Assembly: GCA_963713605.1 (NCBI GenBank)
Contig: CAVQMO010000005.1
Coordinates: 1-64,000 of the forward strand
DNA from: an uncultured Nitrososphaerales archaeon
Lineage (GTDB): Archaea > Thermoproteota > Nitrososphaeria > Nitrososphaerales > Nitrososphaeraceae
Direction of reading: 5' to 3'
Length of the DNA stretch: 64,000 nt
The notes beneath the pieces were generated by a model, which had not been told where the DNA came from, ran no database searches, and was given only the letters and a program-made list of their open reading frames with translations. This document shows, piece after piece, positions 11,310 through 22,545 of the stretch. The stretch's first letter is position 1. Each line of letters begins with the position of its first letter. The position numbers were made by a program, and so were the translations under genes.

Positions 11310-12578
11310 TTATAGCTCATCGAGATTTACATTCGATCCACTACTAGAGTTCATAAGCACATTTGAAGAAAATGTGTTCTGACCAGAATCTTCGTCAATA
11401 CTCAAAGCATCCTCAGGATTCGCTATATCCACAATTGTATTATTGTGTATACTATTTCCAGCCGTATCTTCACCCACGTCTATACCAGTGCCACTATCTG
11501 AAACTCTGTTATTGTAAATCTCATTATCTGAAGATTCATCACCAACCACTATTCCCCGGTCTTCATTACTAACATCATTATTTCGGGCGACAGAATCCGT
11601 CATGTGCCTGCTGAACATTATACCCATCTTGGTATTATTGTACACCACATTATCCTCTATTGTAATATTATAACAGTCCAATGAACAAATGATTCCAATT
11701 CCACCATTGTCATGTACTCTATTATTCTTGATACTCATGTCGTGAGTTCCGGTATGTGGATCTAGGCCATAATGAATATTATCGTGTACATGATTATCCT
11801 CTATCTTGATACCACCAACGCCTTTTGAGTAGAAACCAAAATACAGATCATGAATATTATTACCTCTAATGAGACTACCGTCGCCAGCCTCAAATCTAAG
11901 TCCTGTACGACCTCCACCATATCCTGATTCATATCCAAGATAAGCTATTTCTGAATTTGTTATATCCGTAGTTCCTGTTGCTTCAGTACCGACTACGATA
12001 TAGGGCCTTGGAGTGCCGATTTGGACATCCTCGCCATCTCTCTGGGAATCAATGCTTGATGTGTAGTTATTTGTGTTCGGATTCCATGAGGTTATTTTTA
12101 CCGAATCAATTTTCAAACCTCCAGAAACATGGATAGGATATGCAGTCTCTTCATCTGCTAATATTTTGAGCCATGAGGTATCGCTAGAATTGATGTAAAG
12201 TATTGCATTTTGTGCTATTGTAATTCCCGCATTCAGTATCCAGCCTTTGTCAGAAGAATTGTCTCTGGTTAATACGTCAGGATCTTTGAGCTGATCATTA
12301 ACATGTGTCAGATCAGTAGCCGAACAAGTGATCGTAATTACTCTTGCTTCAGCGTCAAAGGTGACACAATTGGTATTGTTAGTTGTTGAGGGGAAGGTGA
12401 TGATGATGGTGATGGTGTGGTGATGGTGATGTGATGGTGATGATGATGATGAATCAGTTGCCTCAGTAGAGGACAGATCATCTGTTGATGATGATGCATG
12501 AACGGAGGTACCGCATAATAAAGATAATGCAAAGACAGCTGCAAGTATTATTATCATAACCGACAATTCTGGTTTCAC
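11310..12578 (-). CDS. Secreted right-handed beta-helix protein, AlgG/AlgE mannuronan-epimerase-like
   Basis: Signal peptide, PbH1-type repeats, SEIAYLGY, YFGFYS and YGLDPH. Confidence 0.75.
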   Translation of the reverse strand: MKPELSVMIIILAAVFALSLLCGTSVHASSSTDDLSSTEATDSSSSSPSHHHHHTITIIITFPSTTNNTNCVTFDAEARVITITCSATDLTHVNDQLKDPDVLTRDNSSDKGWILNAGITIAQNAILYINSSDTSWLKILADEETAYPIHVSGGLKIDSVKITSWNPNTNNYTSSIDSQRDGEDVQIGTPRPYIVVGTEATGTTDITNSEIAYLGYESGYGGGRTGLRFEAGDGSLIRGNNIHDLYFGFYSKGVGGIKIEDNHVHDNIHYGLDPHTGTHDMSIKNNRVHDNGGIGIICSLDCYNITIEDNVVYNNTKMGIMFSRHMTDSVARNNDVSNEDRGIVVGDESSDNEIYNNRVSDSGTGIDVGEDTAGNSIHNNTIVDIANPEDALSIDEDSGQNTFSSNVLMNSSSGSNVNLDEL

Positions 12579-12869
12579 ATTCTAGCGTATTTGTGTTTAC
12601 ACAGAATATTTAAATGCATTACGGAAGTGTCCTATTCCTTATAGGATAGCAAGATTGTCAGCATCTTTTTTGCTATAAATTGATTAGCATAAAATTAAAT
12701 GCATCTAAATATGGTGTCAATACTGTTCCGATGTATAGAAGGGGTATTACTATTACTTAATTCCGTCCACAGTAGGTAATTTTATTCATGCTTTAGATCC
12801 TGTTTCGAAATCCCGAAGTTACTTTCATCTTATTTAATTAAATCACATTATCAAAATAGTAATGCTGCT

Positions 12870-13109
12870 TCAAATGTCCAGTCCATGAAAGGCAGCAGAT
12901 AGCAAATGGAACACAACTAGCAGAACCCCCTGCATCGGGGGACCCTGGTCTTTAGAATTTCTCCCAGGGTCCTTATTTATACTTACATTTTTTGAAGTGG
13001 GAATAGGGAATTTTCCTCTGAGGTTAGTATTCCATTTTTTTACCTCAATGGTCCTCCTTCCAGACACTAAAAGGTTTGCATATGATTGCCTTAAAGATAA
13101 ACATTTCAT
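12870..13109 (-). pseudogene. Truncated ASCH-domain protein
   Basis: MKCLSLRQSYANLLVSGRRTIEVKKWNTNLRG is an ASCH N-terminus, after which similarity is lost. Confidence 0.7.
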
Positions 13110-13559
13110 AGAACTATGATTGCCCTATATGTTATTATCGTTAACTAGCATCCTTCCATTAATTGGTTGTAAGCTGGTACGTGCTCCTAATAGGTGCGAT
13201 AATCCATTCTATCATGGTAGATGTAGTATATGTAATGGTGTAAAGACTGTTTGAACGTAGAAGTGCTAATAGAGCTAGATAGACTGAGGCCAGGGAATAA
13301 AAAAGAATGGATCATGTCACATATGCTAGGATTCATAGAACATGAAAATATGACTAACTTGTTAAGCAACTTGACACAGAGAAGATATGAATTAGAAAAG
13401 ACCATATTTTCCTTAATCACTTCAATATTTTCACAATATCCTTGTCAAGTAGTTGATAGATTTTAATGTCCTTATGAAAGGACCAATCTCAAGGAAGCTA
13501 ATGATCCCAGGATACAAATTCTTATTTTGGGATGGAAGATCACTGACTGGATCTGCAAG

Positions 13560-13760
13560 GGATTGTAAGATACTACCGATAGTTTCGATAGTTTCTTTCT
13601 CCAGATGCTGCTATGAACGCACACAATTGTTCGATTGTAGCTACCGATGGACCAAAGGTCTGGGAGATATTCTTTTTGCTAAGATTACACCATGCATGGA
13701 GAATGGAAAGATAGCCATAGCACGAAAACTAGATCATGGTTTTGGTTTTGGCTCAACGGT
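13560..13760 (+). pseudogene. hsdS: Type I restriction-modification S subunit fragment
   Basis: GDILFAKITPCMENGKIAIARKLDHGFGFGST, which ends just before the junction repeat at 13781. Confidence 0.75.
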
Positions 13761-13780
13761 GATTTGTCCATCGGATAATT

Positions 13781-13818
13781 ATGAGCCCCTTTACTTATGG
13801 GAATCTAACACCCTTGGG
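13781..13818 (+). repeat. Junction repeat A, copy 1
   Basis: ATGAGCCCCTTTACTTATGGGAATCTAACACCCTTGGG matches 20354..20392 with 3 substitutions and 1 indel. Confidence 0.85.
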
Positions 13819-14089
13819 CCCAGTGTAATATTACTAATTTGGACATATCGCTTTCCTTAACTCTTCTTACGCCAATCATTCGCTTGGATTTTGCTCAGTG
13901 AGTATATCGACCATCTTTAACTGCTGTGTTGAATGGCTAGAGGGTATCTTAATAATCGATTTAAAACCGATTTAAACACTTATTTTCATGAACACGTCAT
14001 ACATAAGTGGTCATGAGCAGCTCATTTACGATATTCTTCCATCTAACAGTATGCACTATTTACCGGGGTATCGTACTGTCAATTAATCC

Positions 14090-15568
14090 ATGTTAAACAA
14101 ATACGATGGTCTAAAAATAGTATTATGTGCAGCTTTCATTTCCGACGCATTTTTATTAGGTGTGCCGTATTCATTACAAGAGAAGATAAATGTGAATGCT
14201 TTTCAGGAAAAAAATTATCCTGAAAGCGCCATCCCTTCGCCTCAAGAACCTCTCATAAGAGATCATACTCTAAAGGTGGAGTTGGTTCTTAAAGGACTAA
14301 CATACGCTACTGATATGGCATTTCTGGATCCTGATAACATTTTGGTTACAGAAAAAGACACAGGTATAGTTCGAAGGGTGCTAAATGGGGTAATGTTACA
14401 AAAACCTTTGCTTGATGTTAATGTTGCAACCTACGGACACCGAGGAATGTTGGGTATTGCCATTAGTAACAACAATAGTAATACCTTCGGTAACGATAAA
14501 ATTGGCACCAATGATAATAATGGCAGTAGTGGAATTTCATCTTCAAATAACGCAAATATAATATCCAAGTATGTTTTCGTATACTATACTTCGGCTCAAA
14601 GAGAAGATGGCGAAGATATTACACAAGGTAAACAACCAATAGGAAATGTTGTGTATAGATATGAATTTGTAGATAACAAGTTGATAAACCCCAAACTATT
14701 ACTGGATCTGCCTGCTACTCCGGGAGCTATCGGAAATGGCGGCAAAATTCTGGTCGATCCAAAAGACAAGAATTTGTATCTAACAATTGGTGGGGTTGGT
14801 ATCGACGATCATAGAACCAAGGCCCAAAATGTTGAGAATGGAGAAGAGCCAGATGGAACAAGTGGCATATTAGTCATTGATCTGGATGGAAAGGTTGCAT
14901 TGCAAAATAGTACTCTTGGAATGAAAGACCCGCTAAATAAATACTATGCATATGGGTTATGGAACAGCTTTGGAATAGATTTTGATCCGTTAACTGGAAA
15001 TATATGGGATACAGAAAATGGCGTAGTATTTGGTGATGAAATCAATCTTGTTTATCCTGGCTTCAACAGTGGATGGAATAAGATTGACGGCATATGGCTA
15101 AGAGGATATGCTATTGAAGATACTGAGACGCGTATAGCTTCAAACCAGACAATAAATAGTTCCCTAGTTGATTTTAATGGAAAAGGCAAATACAGTCCAC
15201 CTGAAATTACTTGGTTTGAAGATGTTGGTCCTACCGCAATCCGATTCCTTAATTCTGACAAGTTAGGTAAGCAATATGAAAATGACATGTTTGTGGGGGA
15301 TATTGTCAACGGCAATATTTATCATTTTGACTTAAATAAAAAGAGAACAGAGTTACTATTATCGCCAAATAGTCCTCTTTCAGATAGGGTTGTCAGTAGT
15401 AACGAAACCACATTTAATGATGAAATGGCATTTGCCAAAGGGTTTGGTGGTATTACAGACATAGAGGTAGGTCCAGATGATGGTTATTTATATATACTTG
15501 CGTTTAATAGTGAAGAAGGGACAATTTATAGAATAGTACCTAGTAATAACTTGATGCAGCAGCAGTGA
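14090..15568 (+). CDS. PQQ-dependent glucose/sorbosone dehydrogenase family (six-bladed propeller)
   Basis: RGMLGIA, YYAYGLWNSFGIDFDP, WDTENG...DEINLV.PGFNSGW and FGGITDIEVGPDDGYLY. Confidence 0.9.
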   Translation: MLNKYDGLKIVLCAAFISDAFLLGVPYSLQEKINVNAFQEKNYPESAIPSPQEPLIRDHTLKVELVLKGLTYATDMAFLDPDNILVTEKDTGIVRRVLNGVMLQKPLLDVNVATYGHRGMLGIAISNNNSNTFGNDKIGTNDNNGSSGISSSNNANIISKYVFVYYTSAQREDGEDITQGKQPIGNVVYRYEFVDNKLINPKLLLDLPATPGAIGNGGKILVDPKDKNLYLTIGGVGIDDHRTKAQNVENGEEPDGTSGILVIDLDGKVALQNSTLGMKDPLNKYYAYGLWNSFGIDFDPLTGNIWDTENGVVFGDEINLVYPGFNSGWNKIDGIWLRGYAIEDTETRIASNQTINSSLVDFNGKGKYSPPEITWFEDVGPTAIRFLNSDKLGKQYENDMFVGDIVNGNIYHFDLNKKRTELLLSPNSPLSDRVVSSNETTFNDEMAFAKGFGGITDIEVGPDDGYLYILAFNSEEGTIYRIVPSNNLMQQQ

Positions 15569-15941
15569 TCTTCAAAATTGCCAAAAAGAGAATTGTGTGT
15601 CTGGTAGATCTGCACTTAAGCCGCCTCGCCCCCTGTCTAACTAACATTTCTTGTTTAATGGCTATCGGATTATCCATGCCTGTGTGCCGAATTGTGCGTT
15701 CATCGATAGGATAAGCGGATATTGTCAATTACCTATCTCATATATAATAGGTTTTCTGTATAATTAGAACATAACTGCTAACAGATCCCTAATATGTTAG
15801 CCCCTTTTTGGCCGGATTGTTCATTTGGCTACCATAGCATCTGATAAGATAGACCTATACCAGCATACCATAGCATCTCGCATCTTGATAAAAAATAAAT
15901 TTATTAGTTACAAGTAAAATATAGATGACAACGGCTGAGAA

Positions 15942-18900
15942 ATGACTTCACTCTTGCCTGTCTCCGTTACAGGATACGACAGTAGGAAATTTCTAGTCAT
16001 CATTTCAATTGTGGCTTCTTTATTAATAATGGATATATCACTTAGCAACATTTCTGATATGATAATCGTATCTTCTAGTTGGGGTTTTGCTGCCTTTATT
16101 GCTATAACAATTGTATATGGAGTAGGACAGTATCTCATTTTAGACTTCGTGAAACAGAAAAGTAAGAGTATAAGATTGAAGTCACGACTTTTCAATAAAC
16201 TATTCACTATAATGACAATAGTACAGTATGTTCTAACAGCCAGTATCGTATTTATTATTCTACAAATATTTCTGAACTCCTATTACTCTACTTCTATGTT
16301 AATTTGGAGTTCGTCAATCAGCTATGCAATGGCCAGTATTGTAATGGTGATACTTGCCCTGGAGTTCTTTTTATGGTACAGATCGAATAGAAATTTTGTA
16401 GTCTTGTTATATGGTGCAGCTTCTATAATTACTAGTTTCAGTATTGCATCATCGTTTGTTTTTTTCACCGTTATACTATTAGGTATGCCTTCTGAGATGG
16501 TGTCGCCCTCAAAACTCACAATGGAACAAGAAGAAGTTGGCCATTCAGAACAAGAAGAAGTTGGCCATTCAGAACAAGAAGAAGTTGGCCATTCAGAACA
16601 AGAAGAAGTTGGCCATTCAGAACAAGAAGAAGTTGGCCATGGACCAGATATCAGAAAATTTGATCAATCTACATTATCGGGTAAAGTCCAGATTGTCTAT
16701 GTTGTATCGCATATTTTGAGCTTTTTGGTATTGTGGGGAGGCTCAGCCATGCTTCTACACTCTTATTCTAAAAAGTTAGGCAAAGTCAAATTCTGGACTA
16801 TCATCATTATTCCTATAGTATCCTTTCTAAGTATTTTTGTTATTGTAACCCCATTAGTGATGAGTGTTTCGCATGGTAGTAATGAAATGGACACGAATTT
16901 CAAAATAATAGTAGATGCTTTAGGCTATACTCTTCCTGCAGCTGTCAGCAGCATCTTATTTGGTCTTCCCTTTTTTATGATAGCAAGGAGCCTTAGTAGT
17001 AGCGTTTTGAAAGATTATATGACTATTGCCGGGTCCGGTTTTGCTCTTTTTGCTTTAGCAACCTCAGGTAGTGTAATGTTAGCCTCTTATCCACCCCTTG
17101 GACTTGCCAGCGTCTCACTGGTAGGATTATCATCCTATCTGATTCTAATTGGCATTTATTATTCAACAATTTCTATGTCTGAAGACGTAAAGTTACGTCA
17201 GTCAATTAGAAAATCTGCCGAAAACGAATCAAAACTTCTGGTTAGCATCGGATCTGCTAACTTGGAGCAGAAAATAGAGGAAAAGGTGATAAGGAAGGCA
17301 AAAGACCGTGCAATTAGTATGACAGAGCAGACTGGAGTCCAACTATCTCTTACAGAATATGACATGAAACATTATCTGTCAACAGTATTAAGAGAAATTA
17401 AAGTATTACAAAACGTTGATGAAATCTTAAGAAAAGGAAAAGAAATTCTGGAGAGCTCTATAGAGTTTTTGGCTTGTTCAAAATTTGATGGAATGCGATT
17501 GGTCTACAACAACTACTTTGATACATATGAAGGAGTAATGCTGAAGTATAGAAATGGACAACACCAAGGCATAAGATGGATTACTTCTATTAAAGACAAA
17601 GATAGTGTAGATCTGGTTAGAATGTTTCTCGATATAGGGGTTCAGATAAGACATGTCAAAAATATGCCGCCAATTGATTTCGCTGTTTCTGATAGAGTTA
17701 TGATGGCTACAATAGAGAAGATGGAAGGCGGCGAGATGGCCCAGAATATGTTGGTTAGTAATGAACCAGCATATATTAATCACTTTGTTTCCATTTTTGA
17801 AGAGTTGTGGAAGAATGGAATTGATGCTTCAGATAGAATAAGAGATATTGAAGAAGGAGTTGACCAAGCTAATATAGAAATTATTTCAAATCCAAAAGAA
17901 GGAATTAAACGTGCTTGGAATATTATAAAATCAGCAAAAATAGAAGTATTGATAATGTTTTCCTCAGCGAATGCTGCACGTCATCAATTAGAAATGGGTG
18001 GGCTACAATTATTAAAAGAAGTATCAGAGGAGAATCGCGCAAGGATAAGGGTGCTAATTCCTGCAGACGAGGGTAATATTATGTCAACAGCAATGAAGGA
18101 AACAAAATCGACCTATCGGCAGATTGACATTAGAAGGATAGATAGGAATCTAGAGACTAAAATTTCAATAATATTAGTTGACAGAAGGGAATGTGTTATC
18201 GTAGAATTGAAGGACGACGCAGAAGATAATTCCTACAATGCAGCAGGTTTAACTACATATTCTGATAGCAAGTCAATTGTTTCATCATATATTTCTATAT
18301 TTGAAAGTTTTTGGAAACAAACCGAGTTGAATGAACAATTAGAAGAATTAAACAAACGGCTTACAGAAGCTAATGAACAACTAAAAGTTCATAACAAAAT
18401 ACAGAATGATTTCATCAATATAGCAGCTCATGAGCTGACGTACTCCTATACAACCAATACTTGGTTTATCTGAGATACTTCGTTCTAAAATAGTCCCCGA
18501 TGGTAGGAGTGGAGTAGGAGACGAACAAAAGATACTAGATGCCATTATCAGAAATGCAAAGAGATTGCAGCGACTTACAGAAGATATATTAGACGTTACT
18601 CGGATTGAAAGTCATTCATTAAAACTAAAGAAAGAAAGGTTTAACCTGAATGAATTGATATCAAATGCTGTACAGGACTATAGAAATGAAATTGAAAAAA
18701 ATAATAGAGACATTAAATTATTAGAAAGCCCTAGCAATCAGAATATTATTTTAGAAGCTGACAGAAGCAGGATAACTCAAGTCATTTCTAACCTAGTAGG
18801 TAATGCTATCAAATTTACCACAGAAGGAACTATATCTATCAGTACACAAAGGAAAGACAATCAAGTTATTGTTAGTATCAAAGATACCGGGTCAGGCATA

Positions 18901-19098
18901 GACCATGAAATACTACCTAGATTGTTTACTAAATTCTCTGCAAAATCATTCGAAGGTACTGGCTTAGGATTATTCATCTCCAAAAATATTGTAGAAGCAC
19001 ATGGCGGTAAGATTTGGGCTGAAAATAATAATGAAACTTACGAAGAAAAGGGAGCCACCTTTTACTTTACGCTGCCACTCATCGACCACTACAACTAA
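15942..19098 (+). CDS. Multi-TM sensor histidine kinase with tandem cytoplasmic TrmB/PLD-like domains, frameshifted near 18440
   Basis: About 9-10 TM helices, FINIAAHEL H-box, and N/G boxes (NLVGNAIKFT, DTGSGI, GTGLGL) in 18565..19098. Confidence 0.9.
16524..16640 (+). repeat. 24-bp perfect tandem repeat (~4.9 copies) encoding EQEEVGHS
   Basis: GAACAAGAAGAAGTTGGCCATTCA four times plus a partial copy. Confidence 0.97.
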
Positions 19099-19122
19099 AT
19101 GCAAAATGACTGATCTATAATT

Positions 19123-19264
19123 TTAACCAAGAACGGACAGGTTGCCATTCATATTGGACATACAAACTGCAGTAGAGGATGAAACAGGATCATTAGACAA
19201 AGAGGCTACTTCTTGGGATGATTGCTTTGTTGCATTTAGGATGTCGCTGACGTTTTGGTATTAG
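19123..19264 (+). pseudogene. Terminase large subunit extreme C-terminal remnant (copy 1)
   Basis: NGQVAIH / IQTAVEDETGSLDKEATSWDDCFVAFRMSLTFWY* aligns by eye with IKIH...LRTAVVSDEWKLDKRQTSHDDILDSFRLAL at 20899..21135. Confidence 0.7.
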
Positions 19265-19539
19265 TGGCAAATTGTTTGACCCTTCCTCAGCGATATCCAT
19301 GCCAAGTTGTAATCAGATTTCAATGTCCGTATGAAGGGTGTAAACGATGACGTTGGAAATATGAAATCTAAACTCCATGTAAATGACTAATTTAGATTAC
19401 AAAGAATGGGCCATCGGGACTTGAAGTTGCATTTGCTAACTAAAGCGGGAAAGAAAGATTCAAAGATTAGCGTAATCTTTCTTGATGGTATGTATTGATG
19501 TGAGGCAGTCTTTATTAGAAGGTTAGTACACAAAATGGG

Positions 19540-20306
19540 ATGAAAAGTCCCGATTATAGTCGAAGAAAATATGATCCTGTATGTCACACAATAGCAATCA
19601 TTACGATATTTTCATTTGTTTTGATGTTTTCATTTCTCTATGAATCCATACTGTCTTCCTCAATCTTTCACTCTATTGCGTCTACATTCTTTCCTGATGA
19701 TGCAATTGTTTCTGTTTCTGAAGCATATGCTCAACCTTATGTAGAGACAGTCAAACACAGAGATCTAACTATTGATCTTGGCAATGGATTAAAGACAAAC
19801 GCTCAACTAACTTTTCCTGCTGTTGGTAAGGGTCCATTTCCTGGCGTTGTCCTTTTGGCCGGTGGTGGACCTACTGATATGAATTATTCTTTAGGCTCTA
19901 TTCATGTCGATAATAAGACAGGCTCAAAAATATATCCACCAACCATATTCTTTGAAATCGCTGAATATCTTTCAGAAAGAGGATTTGCGGTACTTCGATA
20001 CGATAAAGAGGGGAGTAGGTACAAATCATACAATTCTGGATAGCAATGTATGGAGAAATATAACAGTAGGTAATTTTGAAAAACGATGCAGAGAAGGCTA
20101 TGAATGTTCTATTGCAACAGCCAGAAGTTAATAAAAGTGCAGGAATAACATTAATCGGACATAGTGAAGGCACCGTATTAGCACCAAGAATTGCAATAAA
20201 TAACCCAGATAAATTCAAAAATATAGTGCTTATGGCAACACCAGCCCTAAATCTGATTAAAGATAATGCTTATCTAAACTATGTATTGATCTACATGATT
20301 CTATAG
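19540..20306 (+). pseudogene. Secreted alpha/beta hydrolase, frameshifted and C-terminally truncated
   Basis: PFPGVVLLAGGGPTD, GFAVLRYDKRG and GHSEG nucleophile elbow. The catalytic Asp/His region is absent before junction repeat A. Confidence 0.8.
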
Positions 20307-20353
20307 ACTGAAACATTTTTTTATCAGTAAACCAGATATCTCTCATACAGATG

Positions 20354-20392
20354 ATGAACCCCTTTACCTACGGGAATCTAACACTCCTTGGG
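20354..20392 (+). repeat. Junction repeat A, copy 2
   Basis: ATGAACCCCTTTACCTACGGGAATCTAACACTCCTTGGG. Confidence 0.85.
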
Positions 20393-20508
20393 TGTCGCTC
20401 AGTAGTTCGTTTCTGGAAGTGGTTTCACAGGGTATTTTGATAGTGTGTTTAGATAGCACATCCATACTGACTTTGAATGACTGCCAGTCGCCGTAAATCC
20501 GCACGGAT

Positions 20509-21135
20509 AAGGTCGGCAATGTCTTCCATGTGCTGGATATAGAGGGAGCCATTGTAACTCAACAGCAAGGCCAGGAAATGCTGGACTGGTCGACAAGGAC
20601 GATGGTAGGAAGAAGCATGGGGATTGATGTTGCATGGGGAGAAACATCAAAGTTTGCAATTGTCATTACTCAATATAGAAACAACAAGGTAGAAGTATTC
20701 TATGCAGAAAGCTTTGACAAGCCACAAATGAATCAGATAATAAATCATATATTACAACTGAAACAGAAACATCATATAACAAAGTTGTACGTAGACGGAG
20801 CGAATCCAGAAGTCATAAGAGAACTAAAGTCAAGGATAGGCGAGTACGAAAACTATCCTATTCTGAGGAGCAACTCTGGCTGATGTGTACCGGGAGACAT
20901 GCAGATTATACCTGTCAACTTCCAGGAGAGACATAAACAGATGTTGCAATGGACATATACGTTAATGTCGAAGAGGTTTATCAAGATTCATCCAATGTTG
21001 CAAAAGTTGGTAGTTTCACTTCGCACAGCAGTAGTGTCAGACGAATGGAAACTGGATAAACGGCAGACATCGCATGATGATATTCTTGATTCTTTCAGAC
21101 TGGCACTGTGCAATTATGAGCCTCCAAAGAATTGA
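20509..21135 (+). pseudogene. Terminase large subunit nuclease (RNase H-like) domain remnant (copy 2), no ATPase domain
   Basis: KVGNVFHVLDIE, MGIDVAWG...FAIVI, LYVDGANPEVIRELK and HDDILDSFRLAL. Frameshift near 20865. Confidence 0.8.
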
Positions 21136-21321
21136 TGACAGCGGAACCAGTGGCAATCTTCAAACACTCAGAAAATACTTGTTTATACCGGGTCCGAGCC
21201 TGCGTAAGGCCTTTTCCTGCATTCGTTTACTGTGCCTAACATCCTTGAAACAAGAATGTAAGAAAAAATGAGGCATTCACCTTTGATAAACACTTAAGAA
21301 GAATTTTGTGTATACCACATT

Positions 21322-21609
21322 ATGAAAACTATCTGTGACGGCAGGATAAACAAGATTGTTGGCATTGCTATTACTTCCTTTGTTGTAAGTATTCCTATTC
21401 TGATTACAGTCCTCGTCCTAGTCCTCGTCGTTACATTCGATCAAGCAGAAGCAGTCATTCGGCAGCATAGCAAACAGACTGTTTGTATTGATGGAGAATG
21501 TAAAACGACTGAAAATACCCTTATTAATAGCTGTCCAGAGACACAATGCAAATCAAAGAGTTCTACAACTAATACAACAACTACAACTAATACAACAACT
21601 ACAAAATAA
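21322..21609 (+). CDS. Small secreted Cys-containing protein with Thr-rich tail
   Basis: Hydrophobic signal ending AEA, CIDGEC, CPETQC and TTNTTT twice. Confidence 0.55.
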   Translation: MKTICDGRINKIVGIAITSFVVSIPILITVLVLVLVVTFDQAEAVIRQHSKQTVCIDGECKTTENTLINSCPETQCKSKSSTTNTTTTTNTTTTK

Positions 21610-21642
21610 GTAAATCAAGATTATCGTGAATGGGTTGTTATG

Positions 21643-21924
21643 TTAAATGATATTCAGTTTCTTTGCACATGACGGATGATATGGTCCTCCGCCTTTACGC
21701 CCATGTATCTTGACGTATTTGTTTCCTATCTTTATTAGTTCTCTACAGTGATAGCATAATACTCCAGTCGCCTTTTCACCAGTATCCAACACTGATATAT
21801 GTCGTTGATAGACCAAATGGTCAGTTTCGTATCTTTGATTATCATCTAATCTCCGTTTGGCGTTTCTTACGAATGAAGTACAATCCTTCTGTCGTAGTGT
21901 TCTAGTGGCTACGAGTTTTGCCAT
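21643..21924 (-). CDS. Small Zn-finger protein
   Basis: CYHC...YHPSC (CxxC/HxxC). Confidence 0.55.
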   Translation of the reverse strand: MAKLVATRTLRQKDCTSFVRNAKRRLDDNQRYETDHLVYQRHISVLDTGEKATGVLCYHCRELIKIGNKYVKIHGRKGGGPYHPSCAKKLNII

Positions 21925-21982
21925 GTATCAATCCATTATTAGACACTTTGAATATACCTTTCATTCGCGTTATTGTTCTTAG

Positions 21983-22342
21983 TCATTTCTGACTTTTTTT
22001 ATTAGAGATTGTGGTAGTAATGGTGGTAATAGTAGAAAAAGAGGTAGTAACAGGAGGAAGACCGACAAATCCGGGTCCGTAAATATGCTTCAGATATTCT
22101 CTTTGACGCCTCTTTAGGAACTGTTCCCATTCTTTCCTATTTTTTTCTGCAAATGAATCCAGGTCAGTGGTATGATGATCGTGACACGCCTTCTTTCCTG
22201 GATGGTTTTTGAAAACATGATTAACGTACTCGTCGAATGAGTTGAATATGACACTCCAACCCTGTTTAATGTTACAGTAGTCACATAAATGACCTAGACC
22301 GCTTCGGGTTACGCGATCCGATGGCTCCTCCTCCTCTAACAC
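21983..22342 (-). CDS. C2H2-like Zn-finger protein
   Basis: CDYC...F.SFDEYVNHVFKNHPGK. Confidence 0.55.
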   Translation of the reverse strand: MLEEEEPSDRVTRSGLGHLCDYCNIKQGWSVIFNSFDEYVNHVFKNHPGKKACHDHHTTDLDSFAEKNRKEWEQFLKRRQREYLKHIYGPGFVGLPPVTTSFSTITTITTTISNKKSQK

Positions 22343-22545
22343 AGCTATATCTCTTCTACTACGACTGCTGATGGTCGTTAGAAAAGCATTGTTTATCTTA
22401 GTTACTCCTCTGTGACGATTCTTCTATATTCTAATCCCTCTTAAGCAATGGTGGCTAAGTTAGTAAGTGTTTGCCGGATCAGCTTTTATAACGTTTATTC
22501 TCAAGTCCTTGATTCCTTGTCTTGGTAGTTATCCTTGAGCATAGC

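Noticed and set aside
12395..12455. Poly-His tract in the beta-helix protein as a metal-binding tag
   Set aside because: It lies in a TCA/CCA microsatellite where another frame reads a Ser/Pro linker, so compensating indels are likely.
16524..16640. 24-bp repeats as CRISPR
   Set aside because: There are no spacers, and the repeat is in-frame coding sequence.
19408..19426. TGGGCCATCGGGACTTGAA resembling a tRNA 3' end (att site) on the minus strand
   Set aside because: It is too short, the T-stem partner is missing, and no tRNA or integrase in the window supports it.
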